64,000 bases of DNA from positions 6,572,001-6,636,000 of the forward strand of contig OZ210885.1 in NCBI GenBank assembly GCA_964658305.1, in the 5' to 3' direction. This document shows positions 49,246 to 62,397 of this stretch, one piece after another. A program made the position numbers and the translations under genes. This DNA is from Leptogorgia sarmentosa. Lineage: Eukaryota. Below the pieces are notes generated by a model. That model had not been told where the DNA came from and searched no databases. It saw only the letters and a program-made list of their open reading frames with translations. Numbering within the stretch: position 1 is the first letter of the stretch; each line of letters begins with the position of its first letter.

Positions 49246-50247
49246 CATAAGAAGAAAGACCTATTTTGAAAATTAGTGGAAAACCTATGAATGGCAATGG
49301 CACAATGCATTTGGTTATAAAAACTAGCCATTCCCAAAAAGTATTCCAGGGGCGGATCCAGACCATATCGAACGTATCAGCTGTGATACGGTCAGATTTT
49401 CCAAAAAATGTTAAATCCGTGATTAAATGACATATTAACAACAACTGAAAATTAAAGATTTTACGCATTGAATAATATTTTATTTGTTTTATATTATTCA
49501 AAATTATTTTAAAATAATTTGAAAACGTCGACTACGCCGTGTGTAAATTCTGGAGGGCAGCTTACTTTCGGACCGAAGCCAACAATTGATTGAAGTATTG
49601 ATATTCGAATTTTAAGCCCGCAAATACAGCCTGCCACACAGGCTGAATAATTTAGATGAATACGGCGCCTGCGATCATGATACGGTCACTGATATGGTCA
49701 GTACCATTTTGTTTCCCGATCATTTTTGATACTGTGTCGTCATTTTCTGGCTCTCCACCAATAAGAATGCAGAATTTCGATACGGTGTTGATACTGTCTG
49801 ATACGGTGGCCAAATCAAATGTGTTGCGCAATATTTCTCGAGCGGCAGATACAAATCATATTTTTCACTGCTGATAAATTTATATGTTCGCCATGTCGAG
49901 TAACACAAACGTGCTCCATCAAATAAAACGGATTTTTGAGCGAATTCATGCTAAAGAAGATGGTTGTAACACTGAATTGAAGCTTTTACGTGATTATTGC
50001 GAAGGCATTGTCTGTGGTTTCATGAATAATGTTGACAAAAAAAGCGTCCGTGTTTGTGAATTTTCCAAGATGCAATTTCCGAAAGTTCAGCTTGAAAGAT
50101 GTGCTCAACATATCCCTGTAAGGTAAATAATTTATTTTACATTACATAAATATATAATAATTTGCATACTGTCTGTTTGTGACGAATACTATGTAAATCC
50201 TATCTTTATGTAAGACAGCCGGTACGGTCGGGTTACGCACACGATAC

Positions 50248-53200
50248 CAGGGGCGGACTGGCAATTTCAGGGGGCCCGGGCGATTTGAAAAGTAAGGGGC
50301 CCGTTATCCCATTCCGGGCACTATCCATGCTGATCCCTCAGATTAATTCACTGTAATTTCTGTTTTGCAATTTAAATAACTTTATTTAAATTCATGCCCT
50401 GCTTGTTCAATCACTCAAATAGTGCGTAGGGCTGAAATACTTAACAATATAAACTACAAAGTTAAACAGTTTTACGTAATATTTATGCCATCAAAAGGCG
50501 CCTCAGTTCATGTGAACTGTTCCCGATTAAGTCGATAATTGTATCAGCTGGTATATCACTGACTATCTGTTTCTCCATATACATAAGCATAAGCGCCTCT
50601 AAATGTTTCTGACTTATGTTGCTTCGTAATCTATTCTTAACAAACTTCAACGTTGAGAAGCTTCATTCGCATTCAACTTGTGTTACAGCTAGCGTTACTA
50701 GGTACTTATAAGCTGTATACAGTTTGGTATATGCTGATGAGTTGAGGCCATACTCATGTAGAAGTTTATACGCACAATTAAAACACGATTTACAGGATTT
50801 GTTTGGTCTACATGATAAGGATACGTCCTCTGACTCGTCGTCTGACTTGTCTCTACTGTCCGAGTCTGTCTCAGAATCTTCAGATTCCTCATCGATATTT
50901 CCCTCGTCAGAAGAACGTAGAGCTTCAGGAAGTGTCTTCACCACCCTTGGAAACGAATGATGGAAGTCCACAAGTTGCTCCCTCAGCTTAACCGGATCTA
51001 CATGCTTACCGAGCTTTTCACAGATACTTTCAAATGCAATTTGAGGCAAACCAACCCTGCTGCATTCGTCAAATCGGCGAGGGTCTAAAGCGGCAAAATC
51101 TTGGTATAGTTTCTCATGATCCGCGAATCTGCTCTTGATGCTTGCTACAACTTGATCCATCACAACATTGTATACTTCCACTTGGTACTTCTCATTGCCA
51201 TCGAGGGTGTCGCTGTCATCTGTTTCGCCAAAAGGTAGCTTCCTCCTTCGAATTCGTTTAGATGGCAGACTTTCCTCAACCTCGACATCGCTATTGAGGG
51301 AGGCCAGTTGGTTGTTCGCGTTTTCTGCAAACTGTGTGGCGACTCTCAACACGGTAGAAAAGTCTCTGCTGATCCTTTCAAGTTTTTCAATGGCTGACTC
51401 GACCATCCTCCACGCTTGAAGTATATCTAGACCACTGGTTTGAAGGTACTCTGAGAGCGGCGTAGTAATTGCAAATATTCTGTTGAAGGTAGCGGCTGTC
51501 AGGATTGTCTCGAATTTCGTCAGTTTATCCACGAGAGTTCTCGCTTTGTCTCTCGCAGTAACATTGAACCGCGGGCTGCTTACAATTTCTGAGAAACAAG
51601 TTAACACATCTACATACAAAGACTTCTTTACCGCCTCCTCGTTGCCAAACTCTCCAAATGTCTTCTGAACAGCGCCTGCCTTAGCCCACCAACGCGTCTT
51701 CCCAATTGTGTTCAGCTTCATGAGTTTAGCCGTTCCAACTTTTTCACTTAAACAGTTGGTCCACTCATTCATATTTTTGTATGATCCACGAACAAACGTG
51801 GCGGTAGAATTAAGCAGCGTGAAAAGACTCATCGCTGGAACCGTTGACGATGTTGTGTCCCCAAGAACGAGATTCAAAGTGTGCGCATAGCACCAAACAT
51901 GGACGTGATTCTCAGCAACTTCACATATACGTGCTTGCACACCTCGATACTGTCCAGACATATTCGCCGCACCGTCAAAGCTATCTCCAATGCAGTTTTC
52001 CATGTCAATGTTCAAACGATCGAGATTAGCTTTCAGAAGATCAAAAAGACCCTCACCAGTAGAACTTGTGGCCTTCACAAAAAATAACAATCTTTCGCGA
52101 ACGAGACCATTGTGAGCATATCTCAATATAATAGAGCACTGGTCTTGGCAGGATACATCTTGAGTCGTATCTATCTCGACAGAGAAAATCTTTGCTTCTT
52201 GGACTTCTTTTGATATTGTTTTTTGAATTATATCTTTCATTATTCCGATCAATTTTGATATTGTAGTCTTGCTCATAAACGTTATCAATGATCCCCGTCC
52301 TCTATTCTTAGACTTCTTCTTATCTTTTTTGGCACTCTGCTTCTTCATTGCCATGTTACTTTTCTCAACAACTGTGGTAAGGTGACTCTGTAAAATGGCA
52401 TCAAATTTCCCAACAAGTTTGATGATTTCAAGAAAGTTTCCATGATTTCTCGAATCGTCAAAAAGTTTGTAAACAGCTTCGTTTCTTTTGCCACGTATAG
52501 CAAGTCCGCTCTTGCCAATTAATTTAACCGTTTCAATAACTCGCGTCAACACATTTCGGCGATAGTTAATTTCGACAAGGCGTTGGGAAACAAGGGTGTC
52601 GTTTCTTACATTTCTTATCATACATTCTGATTTATAGACCATGTAGGCTTCAACATTAACAGAGTGGGTCTTGCATTCTTCGTGTTCTTTGATCCTCGTA
52701 TAGAAATGTTTCTTATCATCAACATCGCAATAGAACACCGAGTCTGAACTTTTCCTGAAAGCAATGCAAATTGAACAGCGTACTGTTCGTTCTTTCGATG
52801 CATACGTCAGCCATTGTCGCTGTACCTTTTGACCATTGGCATCAAGACGAAAATACGCGCGCTGTGTATTGAATGGAACATCTGCACGTGGCTGGTGTGG
52901 GTGAAATTCGAAAAAGGATTTGAGGTTGTCTATTGAAGGACGTGTAAAATACCGCAAACTAGTTGACTCATTCTCATCCAGATTTGCTTCAGGAGATAGT
53001 TTCCTCTTGAGTCCCCTAAATCTTGATATTTCATCATTATTGTTAATTGACGACGACGGAGACGTTTCTTCTAAAGGCCCAAAATTCGCGTCACCATCAT
53101 CTTGAAGGTCATCAATCGACTGAAGTTGGATGTTCGCTGGAAAGGTCAAGACTCAAGGAGTCAAGGTCACAAGGACGTATTTACAGGTGATCTGTTTAAT

Positions 53201-54074
53201 AGTCCGTACACTGTACTGTAGCCGTAGGGCCGTAGGCTGTCCCGCTGTACTGACTAATGAGTATAGTAACTCCTAAATTAAATTTTATTTATGTCGTCGC
53301 AAACGTTCAAAACTTTGTAAATGTATCTATATAATCTAATAATAATAATAATAATAATTAATATAAAAATCAAATGAAGTAAATGAACCATAGCCGCTCC
53401 AAAGTGAAAGTATCAAGGAATTATTTTACTAGTTGTAGAGTTTATAATAGAATATAGATTATGCTTGCTTCGAAAACAATGAGATACTTTCATAAATAAT
53501 TTATCGACAAATTAAAATACCTTCTGCATCCTCCTTAGCCTTTGCATCATCGTCGTCAGATTCTGCTGAATTCTCTGTTTCGCGAGTAGTGGTACTGCCG
53601 CACGAGAAATAATTTGTTAAACTGTAAGATTGTGCTGCTGCTTCATGCAGTTTGCTAGTTTCTTTTCACGTCTTTTCTGTGCACCGCTTTTAACTGCTTT
53701 ATTCATGAATATTCATTTATTTTCATTTTGTATTTTAAAAACACGAGATCAAGAAACACAGTGTAGTATGCTGAGTACGCGATATCATGCGCAGCGGCAG
53801 AGCGAAGGCAGTTAGGCGGTACTTCATGTTGCGGCAAGTGGCAAACGAACACTTTTAGTCTATTAAGTACAATCGCTGGCTTGGTGACTTCGATCTCGCT
53901 TTTATTAAACTGTTTTATAGTCTGGTTACTCTACTAGATACAATTGAAAGAAAGAAGAAGATTATCTTAAATTTTCAATGCACCACTGAAAGAACGAAGG
54001 GCCCGAAGGGGCCCAAGAAGCAGGGGGCCCACCGGGCGATCGCCTGGTGAGCCTGACTGGCCAGTCCGCCCCTG
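50248..54074 (-). mobile_element. Full-length hAT transposon, perfect 15-bp TIR, 8-bp TSD
   Basis: caggggcggactggc / gccagtccgcccctg; TSD cacgatac at 50240-50247 and 54075-54082. Confidence 0.97.
50483..53706 (-). pseudogene. hAT (ZMYM1/DUF4371-type) transposase: 828-aa open frame, nonsense codon in CE*SFS, short upstream exon 53706-53521
   Basis: RQWLTY..CSIC, GNFLEII, EIDTTQD, DSFDGAANMSG, HVWCYAHTLNL, TRWW; frame continues SFSTLKFVKNRLRS after the stop at 50663. Confidence 0.92.
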
Positions 54075-57000
54075 CACGATACGAGCGAGTTTTAAGAAAT
54101 TTAATAATCGACAACAGCAACAACACCGATACAATACAAGACTGAGTATTTAAAAAACGGGAACGAGTAACACTAATATAACAAAAAGATAAAAAACTAA
54201 ATATAGATAGAAATATACAAGCAAAATTAATATAAAATTAACTAAGGGTCAATAGTCGCAAAATATACAATGTTATGACTATCGCCATCAACACTACACA
54301 AAAGCTATAATATCTTAGCATAAAGCTGTGTGAAATTGATATGGACGATACATGAGCGCCAAATAATTTATTATTTATTCAATAAATCAGACTATTTATT
54401 CAATAAATCAGACTGAGTACTTTCATATATTGGGTCGCAAGTGTTATATAGTATATTTCGAGATCATATAGTACTGTAGTGCTACAAAATGTAGAGGATA
54501 TTGTCATTGAAAACTTAAATCACTGAATTGATATCCGCCTTCATCTTACGATACAAAAAAACTTGTGAATAAATTTGATTGCAATAGTTGGAAACATGCA
54601 TGTACCATGCATGTTTCTTTATATATAGTACTGTGTATGTGATTTTATTTATCTACTTTTAAATCATTCAGCACCTCGCCTAACAAGAATTGTCTCTATA
54701 ATGCAGCCTCAATTGCTTTTATTGGCACAGAAAAGCTAGCTACATTTTTACGATGTTTAACAAGTATTGAACTGTACGAAAATGCAGAGTTCTACTGCAA
54801 TCATCCTGTTATTAAATTACAACATGATAGTGGAGCATTCACCTCACTTGGTAATGCATTTGCCATGTGTTTATCTGATTCTGCACTTCCTGCACTTGAG
54901 AAAGATGGTAATATTGCATCAGTTATTGAAGAAGCAGAGCAAAATTCTAAAAATTTCCAGTTCTCCTCGATGATGTGTATGTTTGGCTTAGCTACTGTTA
55001 TTGGATGCACTATTCAGTCATACTTTCCAATATCCAATGAGACAGCCAACGAATCCCACTGCTCTTTTTGCACTAAGATGTATAACTGTACAATTAAACC
55101 AAGATCTGGCCAAGATCGTACCATTATTCACATTTTCCGTTGTGCCGCCTCACCAAGTCGCTATCTTGTTGACCGAAAGATACCAGAGTTAAAGAATCAC
55201 TTTGTTGCTCTCTGCCTTCCTGAACAGTCTGTTGCACCTGGTGATCAATACTTCGTGCCTCATCTTTCCAGACCCATTACAACTATAGCACCTCGTCCTG
55301 CATCGTCAACGTCCACTTCTATCAAAACAACAGCAAAAGTTGATAAGCCAGCAGAGAAAACGTTTCCAGACATACCGATCCAAAACCATTCAAAACGAGT
55401 TGATTGAAATCTGTGGAGATATGGTTATGGAAGAACTAGTCGATGATGTCAAAAAGGCTAAGTTTTTCTCACTTCTGGCGGATGAGGCAACGGACTGCTC
55501 TAACACAGAACAAATGGCCATGGTTTTGAGATTTAATGACAAATCTTTGAAAAATCGGGAAGACTTTTTGGGTTTTATTCTGTGCAGCGACGGATTATCA
55601 GGTGAAGCATTGTCTGAAAATATTTCTAAATTTATCACCAGCATTGGCTTAAGGATGGAGGAATGTCGTGGCCAAGGCTATGATGGAGCCGGAAATATGG
55701 CTGGCAAGTTGTCCGGTCTAGCAGCTCGAATCCAGTGTCGCTTTGAGAAAGTTATCTACGTGCATTGTGGTTCTCACGTTTTAAACCTGTGTGTTGCGTC
55801 TTCCTGCAGTTTGCCAATCATACGTGATATGATGGACAATGTAAGATCTGTCTCTGATTTCTTCAACAGTTCTCCTAAAAGAACACTGGTGCTGCAAGAA
55901 AGGATAAAAGAGTTACTCCCACATGAACGCCATCAGAAATTGATAAATGTTTGCAAAACCAGATGGGTTGCTAGAATCGATGGTTTACAAATCTTCATTC
56001 AATGTTATTCAGCTGTAACTGATTCCCTCAATTTCATCGCCAAAGACAAATCTTATAATCAAGACGTTCGTTATAGAGCAAGTGGTATGAAGAATGCGAT
56101 TGAGAAATTCTCATTTATTGTTCCCCTCATTGTTGTGGAGAGCTGTCTTAAATGCACAAAACACCTAACTCTACAGTTACAAAACGCCTCGTTAGACGCC
56201 GGAAAAGCACGTGAATAAGTCTCCCTTCTACTTCTTACAATCGATCAGCTTCGAGTTAAGATTGATGACACCCACTCAAAGTTTTACAAAGTCGCAGTAA
56301 ACTTTGGTAAAGAAGCTAATATAACACCTTTGAAACCGAGGACTTCTGGACGACAAGTTTATCGTGAAAATGTTCCTGCTGAGTCTGCATCGGATTATTT
56401 TAAGAAGGTTGTCACAATACCATTCCTCAATCAGCTATTGGGGCAGATAGTCTCGATTCTCCGAAGGAAACCTTGATGCTTTATATGTCATGCCAAATGT
56501 TGCTGTATCTCAATCTGACTGGATTGAACATTTTTCTCGCTTCCTGGAAAAGTATAAAGATGATCTTCCTGATCCAGATTTCCTCGAGTGTGAATTGAAA
56601 ATGTGGACAATACACTGTACCAATGCTATGGAAACCACTCCCTTATCTCTTCAAGATCTTCTACCACAAATCGATCCTTATACATTTCCCAATATACTCA
56701 CCGCTTTGAAGATTTTTTGCACCATTCCTGTCACTACCTGTACATGTGAAAGATCTATATCCACATTAAGGCGATTAAAAACCTATTTAAGAAGCACTAT
56801 GGGCGAAAAGAGATTGAGATCGCTGGCCTTACTGAATGTCCATCGTGTGATAAATCTGGACATCGAAGAAATCATTGAACGTTTTGCTCGAAAACACCCG
56901 AGATGAATGTTGTTGACTGATCTACTCCATGTTGACCGTGAAAAGATGGAACATGATTAAAATCAAATGAAAGTGAACATTTTCTATAACTTCCTTCGTG

Positions 57001-57229
57001 CTGCTGTTTCAAGGAGTACAACAGTTATGAACGATTACGAGTTTTTCTCCCTGCCGTATCCGATTATGAGTTATGTTCTAGAAGTTCACTGAAGGAAATG
57101 GTATGAGCAGTTGTTAAAATTTCAACCTTTATTGCAGGTTTTTGGTTTCTTTTTGTCTAAAATATGGCCTTGTTGAGGGTTTAAAACTGTTCACCAGTTA
57201 TGGAACAACATGTCTACAACATCAATATC

Positions 57230-58190
57230 AATCAACTTGTTTGCTCGTCGTAGGAGATAAAAACGGACTGCAACTCCAAGATGCCTTCAGTTAGCTCTTC
57301 TTCTGACGATGTTTGCAGAAGATGACAAATTGCCAATAATTTATTGGAGACATCGTTCAAAGCTGTTAAACTAAGCTTCTGCTCAGGTACCCCAACTTTT
57401 TCAAAATAGATTCTTACATACCACTGAATGTCTCGGGCTTTTGGGACATTTTGGAATTTTTCACAAAATGCCAACTTACCTTTTATACTCGCCTTTCTAC
57501 CACATGAAAGACAACAAATATTCTTTGTAGCACTTATTACACCAAGGATGTTTGCTGCAATCTCCTTTGTTTTTCAAATCGATTCCACTTCAGGCAAAGT
57601 TTCACTGAAGGAATCAGCTGAAGTTATGCTGCATTCACATTCACTTTTTGGGATATTGGCATACTTCTGATGTTTTGTTACTTTTACTCTCACTCTGTCA
57701 AAGTTGTACGTCCCTCCCTCTTCAACTGTATTGACATGGCTTTGCCAAATTATGAGCTTTATAAATCCTGAGGGATCAACAATATAACATTGTTTTTTCA
57801 CAGCATTTTTATCGAATACTACATTCATCACTTCGCTCAAGTCCATTACAGTTCCTTTGACACATACTAGTTGGTCAGCGGCAACTTGTGATAAGGATGC
57901 AATGGTAATGTTTTTGTCCATACTTACATAATCGAATGTTGCTTCAGCAGGGACAAAGCTTGTTTTCTTACCGATAACTCTGTCCTCTCGCCCATACTTC
58001 GTGCTGATTGAATAGTTTCGGATCTTCACTGGGGATTTTTGCACTGCCATGGCTTTCAAACTTTGATGTTTTTCAGTGGCGAAGCAAACAGCTCTGACTA
58101 CTGAGGACTCTCTCTGGACATCACAGTTGATACACGATGTTCCATTTGATTTCTTCACTGGACACAGAATGGATATAGTATTCAATCAAG
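57230..58190 (-). pseudogene. RPA-like multi-OB-fold ssDNA-binding protein remnant
   Basis: VRAVCF..SPVKIRNY; ITIASLSQV..VCVKGTV..IVDPSGFIKLIIW..GGTYNFDRVRVK; frameshifted CLSCGRK downstream. Confidence 0.65.
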
Positions 58191-59366
58191 TATTCAATAT
58201 CATTGTCATTTATATAAGTAATGATATGAAAGAAATTCTTAAAAACTTAATTTTTCACTGGTATCAGTCCAAACAGATGTGTTTTAATTAGCTGTGATCT
58301 AGAAAGTTTTTTTGAACCTTAATTTCACTGTTGTTTGTCTGGAAAAACTTTTTTGAACATATTTTTGAATCTTATCCATGCGATCTCTTCACTGGTGACA
58401 CGGAATGGATAGAACATTCGATGTCTGGCAATTCTATTGAGCACAAAAAATGGAATATATTTTACCTTGTTCCTTTCTTGGGAATTTTCTATATAATTCT
58501 ATAAAACATTCTATAAAATATTAATTTCAACTAGCTTCATTATAATACATGCAAAGTTATACTAATGTATGCAGCTTCATCAGATTGGCGGCAAAAGTGT
58601 AAGTCTTGAGTTGGTCCTAGAAAACGGATTAGAATAAAGTGGTATAAAACCTTCATTTTAGCAAAAGTGAAAATTATATTAGAAAAAAATTCACAGCATC
58701 TTTACCAAATTGGCGGTAAATGTGTTCTAAACCTATTAAGTAGTGTTCAGAGTTTCCTCACAACAGTGGCTTTTTCCAAATCATTCGTTGTTGTCCAATG
58801 GCGGTCAAAATATTGGGCATTTGTAATGTCTTTGACCCTAACGGACTGTTTCTAGGATGTTTGAAAGAGAAAACATATCAAGAAAATCTCCGACTCAAAT
58901 ATGTATCTGATAATGCCTAGGCACCCTAGCCTATGGTTTCTCAATTTCAATGTACATTCTGTTTGCCTTTAATAAATGAACTGTCACTAGAATTCAGACT
59001 TCACTTTCATGGTAGGCGCTGGATAAAAAACCATTGGATAAAAAAGGTATGAAAATTCGCACTACCCTAAATTATTGCAGCCGAGCGTTAGCAAAACAGC
59101 ACACTATTCTTGACGACATGCTGGCTATCTATAGTCAAAATCTTGATTTGTGTCCGTTTGATAAGGGTCGTAATTCCAGGCCGTCCGCTTAGTAACGCTA
59201 TTTTACCCTATTTCTACCAGGAAGAAAAGATCGCGGCTAAAATAAGTCACGAAAGTAACCTTTCATACGATAATTTCACAAATTAGCCGCGGTTTATTTT
59301 AGTCGCAAAGAAATTGTGCGTTTATACAGACGTTCGCAACTTATTTTAGCCACGGCTTATTCTTCC

Positions 59367-59520
59367 TTGTCCCCGAGCCATGGCGCAAAGCGCCGTCCGG
59401 GCGTTAGCCCAGGGCGAGGGTAATAATTCCGCCATAGGGGAGTCCAAAGTTGCTCGATTTGGCGGCCATTTTGGGTTACTGTGTATGGGTGGTCATCACT
59501 GATCTCAAAATGATGGTGGA
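59367..59520. repeat. Hairpin-headed interspersed repeat, copy 2
   Basis: Matches 29416-29583; hairpin atggcgc-aaa-gcgccgt. Confidence 0.8.
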
Positions 59521-60320
59521 CTATCATGACGAGCCGAAGCTTTTTAAAGCTTTTGGTACTTTGGAAAGGCGAAAACAAAGACAAGATCTACGCTGTAACA
59601 CTTGAAAAGCCTTCTCAGAAGATATAAAACGCTAAGAAAGGGGAACAAACGACTACGGATTGAAACACAAGATAAGTTCGTCAGTATGTTGTCGGCAATG
59701 GACTTTTGTTTTGCGTACATTTACTATCTACAGTCTACTATTAATTTGTATGAAAGGTCGCCGTAGCCGCATTTAATCTATTCACGGCTCAATTCCAGAG
59801 TATAAGTTTATCTTTTTAAAGGCAAGACTTCACAAAATATTTGCAAACTTTACCCCAAAGAACACGAGCGAACATTGGCTGGAAATTGTTTCATATCAGA
59901 CTGACTTGAATATTTAATTAAAACGTTTTATGCAAATAAATGTAGTATTTCGCACCAAATTTAAGTTTATATTAGTCCTAATTACGTACGGATAACAAAT
60001 TGTTCTCCAAATTAAAAAAAATGCCAATAAAACCAATAAAAAAGCAGATATTTTGACTGTTTTCAAAAAATTACAGAAATATAAATTTCCGATCGTGTTG
60101 CCATGACAACAACCTCAGGCAGCGTTTGAAGTACTTCAAGGACATTGGCACTATATTTTTTTATTGGCAATATCTTTCAAGCTTGCCTACGGAATACTTA
60201 ATTTCGTATTTTCACTTGTCTTAATGGTTTATTTCGTGAGAAAATTGTAAAAATGTTTGATGCTTGTCCGCCATTCCCTGTATGCTAATTTATTCATGAA
60301 TACATTTTGTGACGTCATTA

Positions 60321-61559
60321 CAGTGGCATAACAAGTGGGGGTGCTGTGGGGGGGCAAAGTCAAAATTTTCCCGACAAATTTAACAAATTTTATACGCGTT
60401 TACAAGGGTAACTGGTAAGACAAAGGTCATCTTGTACCTAACTCGTTTTCTCAATTAAGCGACTTCATATTTTTGTCTTGAAGTATTCAGCACACCGCAA
60501 TATTTGTAATATTACACCCTGCAGCAGCTGGTTTAAGGTTTAAATTAGCGGTCCTCGAAACTATAAATGGCCGATACATAACATATTCAATTGATTCAAT
60601 TGATAATATTAATTGCGTCTATTAATATGACAATATTATATGCGTCCGATAATACTAATACATACTTTATTGAACAATTCCCAACATGTATTTTCAATGC
60701 CCATTGCAGTATACAATTTTATACAACAAAAATATCAATACCTATCTACGAAGTTCTAACCACAAAATTGATCAATAACGCACTCACTTAAACAATAAAC
60801 TAATAGAGTTAAAATTTGGCATGCCTTTTCTTCGATGTTGCAAAAGTGTCAATGATATCATCATATGGTAGATTTAGGGCAGCTTCTCGTTCAATGCTTA
60901 GAGTAGCTAAGGCGCTAAGTCGACTTGACTTCATCGTTGTCCGTAGGTAGGTCTTAATGAGTTTCATGCGACTAAATGAACGTTCCGCAGATGCACTTGA
61001 TGAGGGAATAATTACACAAATTTGACAAAGTTTAAAGATATGTGGAAAAACGTTCTGAAGTTCAGATGCCACCAAAAACTTAAGAACTGCAACCGTAGTT
61101 TTAATAGCAGTTTTTGTGTTACTGTCAACCTCCTTCCAAAATGATTGAAAACTTTTGAACTCACTCACGATATCAGTTTCAGTCTGAAAAAGCTCGTCAT
61201 ACTAGTTGATTAAAGCATTCCAAAGATTCTTCTCTGCCGATATTTTTGGGATGTAAACACGAAAATGGAAGAACTGTCTCCCTGAAAGATTCAAATCTTT
61301 CATTCATGTCGTTCAAGGGCCAACCGCCCCAATATGTTAACAGATATTTTGTAGACAATTGCCTACAGCAATTATATTTTCGTCTCATTCTTTTCGATTT
61401 ACTTTATTGTGGATTGTGGAACGTCTCACAGTCCTACAATTTTTTTAAAGCAGGTTTCAAATTCATTTTCCCGACAGACAGAATTTGAACAAATTTCCCG
61501 ACAATTTTTTTTGTGGGGGGGCGGCTCGCCCCCCCTGCCCCCCGGTTGTTACGCCACTG
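60321..61559 (-). mobile_element. Non-autonomous hAT deletion derivative, 8-bp TSD
   Basis: TIR cagtggcRtaacaa; TSD cgtcatta at 60313-60320 and 61560-61567; dimerisation domain SSASAERSFSRMKLIKTYLRTTM (60809-61168). Confidence 0.95.
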
Positions 61560-61701
61560 CGTCATTAGTAGGGTTTCGGGCAAAACAACAAACTAAGATA
61601 CACTGCAGAATGCAGATAATTGCGTTCTAAACACAACTGTGCAACGAAATTGCCAAAGCATTATGAGTTACAATATCAAATAATAATAGTACTACAGACT
61701 G

Positions 61702-62285
61702 CTAATATTTTAACGACAGTGCCATGTGTAAACGGGTATAATATTCGATCTCTTGCTTTCCTTCATGCGAGAGTCGAGACAAACACATCGGCTATCAGCT
61801 TTCAAAATACACACAGACACGCATATTATTGTAGAATTGAGAAGAACATTGGTGCGCAACCACAAAGAAAGTAAATAGGAAAGATTAGCATAGAGTGCGT
61901 AATTGCGATATAGCGCGTCTAAGAACCACAAAAACAAAAATCGGAAAAAAACACTTAGCATGACCAAGGGAAGGAATGTTGATATCAAGTAATCATGTGA
62001 AGTTGTAGCACTACGTAATATTTTAACGACAGTATTACAAAATATTAAAGTGTATATATTCGATATCATGCATTCTTTAATATATACAAGAGTCGAGACA
62101 AATACATTAGCCATCGGGCACAGAAGCGCAAGTTGCGTATATTATAATATACTTGGTCAGGAACTTGTAGAATTAAAAATTAGGTGGGTGCGCAACCACA
62201 GAGCAAGTAATAGGAAAGATTAGCATAAAGTGCATAACTACAAAAACAGGAATAGGAAAAAAACACTTAGCATGACCAAGGGAAA
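61702..62285. repeat. Diverged tandem duplication, unit about 310 bp
   Basis: taatattttaacgacagt..gagtcgagacaaa..ggtgcgcaaccaca..aaaacacttagcatgaccaaggga occurs twice in the same order. Confidence 0.85.
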
Positions 62286-62397
62286 GATTGTTATATGGCC
62301 AGTGAATGACGTTGTCAGAGAAATATTTGTTGATTTTGTTCCTATCCTATTGAGTATAAATATGAGCGCAAAATAATGTTAGAGCTAAATTGTAAGC

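Larger units (their letters stand above)
50209..54350 (-). mobile_element. Solo-LTR fragment split by the 50248-54074 hAT
   Basis: 50209-50247 plus 54083-54350 match the reverse complement of ~33130-33492. Confidence 0.75.
49347..57178 (+). mobile_element. OTU-hAT family copy B (PRKRIR/THAP12-type transposase core); exon 49893-50122, large nested intron, exon from 54672
   Basis: Terminus caggggcggatccag, gatacgg subterminal repeats; HIPVS|TSPNKNCLYNAAS..NHFVAL; SKTIQNELI, ADEATD, GQGYDGAGNMAG, HCGSHVLNL, TRW, CERSISTLRRLKTYLRSTM. Confidence 0.8.

Noticed and set aside
44285..56906. Host gene symbols ZNF862, THAP9, ZMYM1 or THAP12 for these ORFs
   Set aside because: The hAT ORFs sit inside TIR-bearing elements and all carry stops, frameshifts or deletions, so they are transposases rather than domesticated orthologues.
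59232..59356. Small MITE (gcggctaaaataagt / acttattttagccac)
   Set aside because: The inverted repeat is short and I found no convincing TSD.
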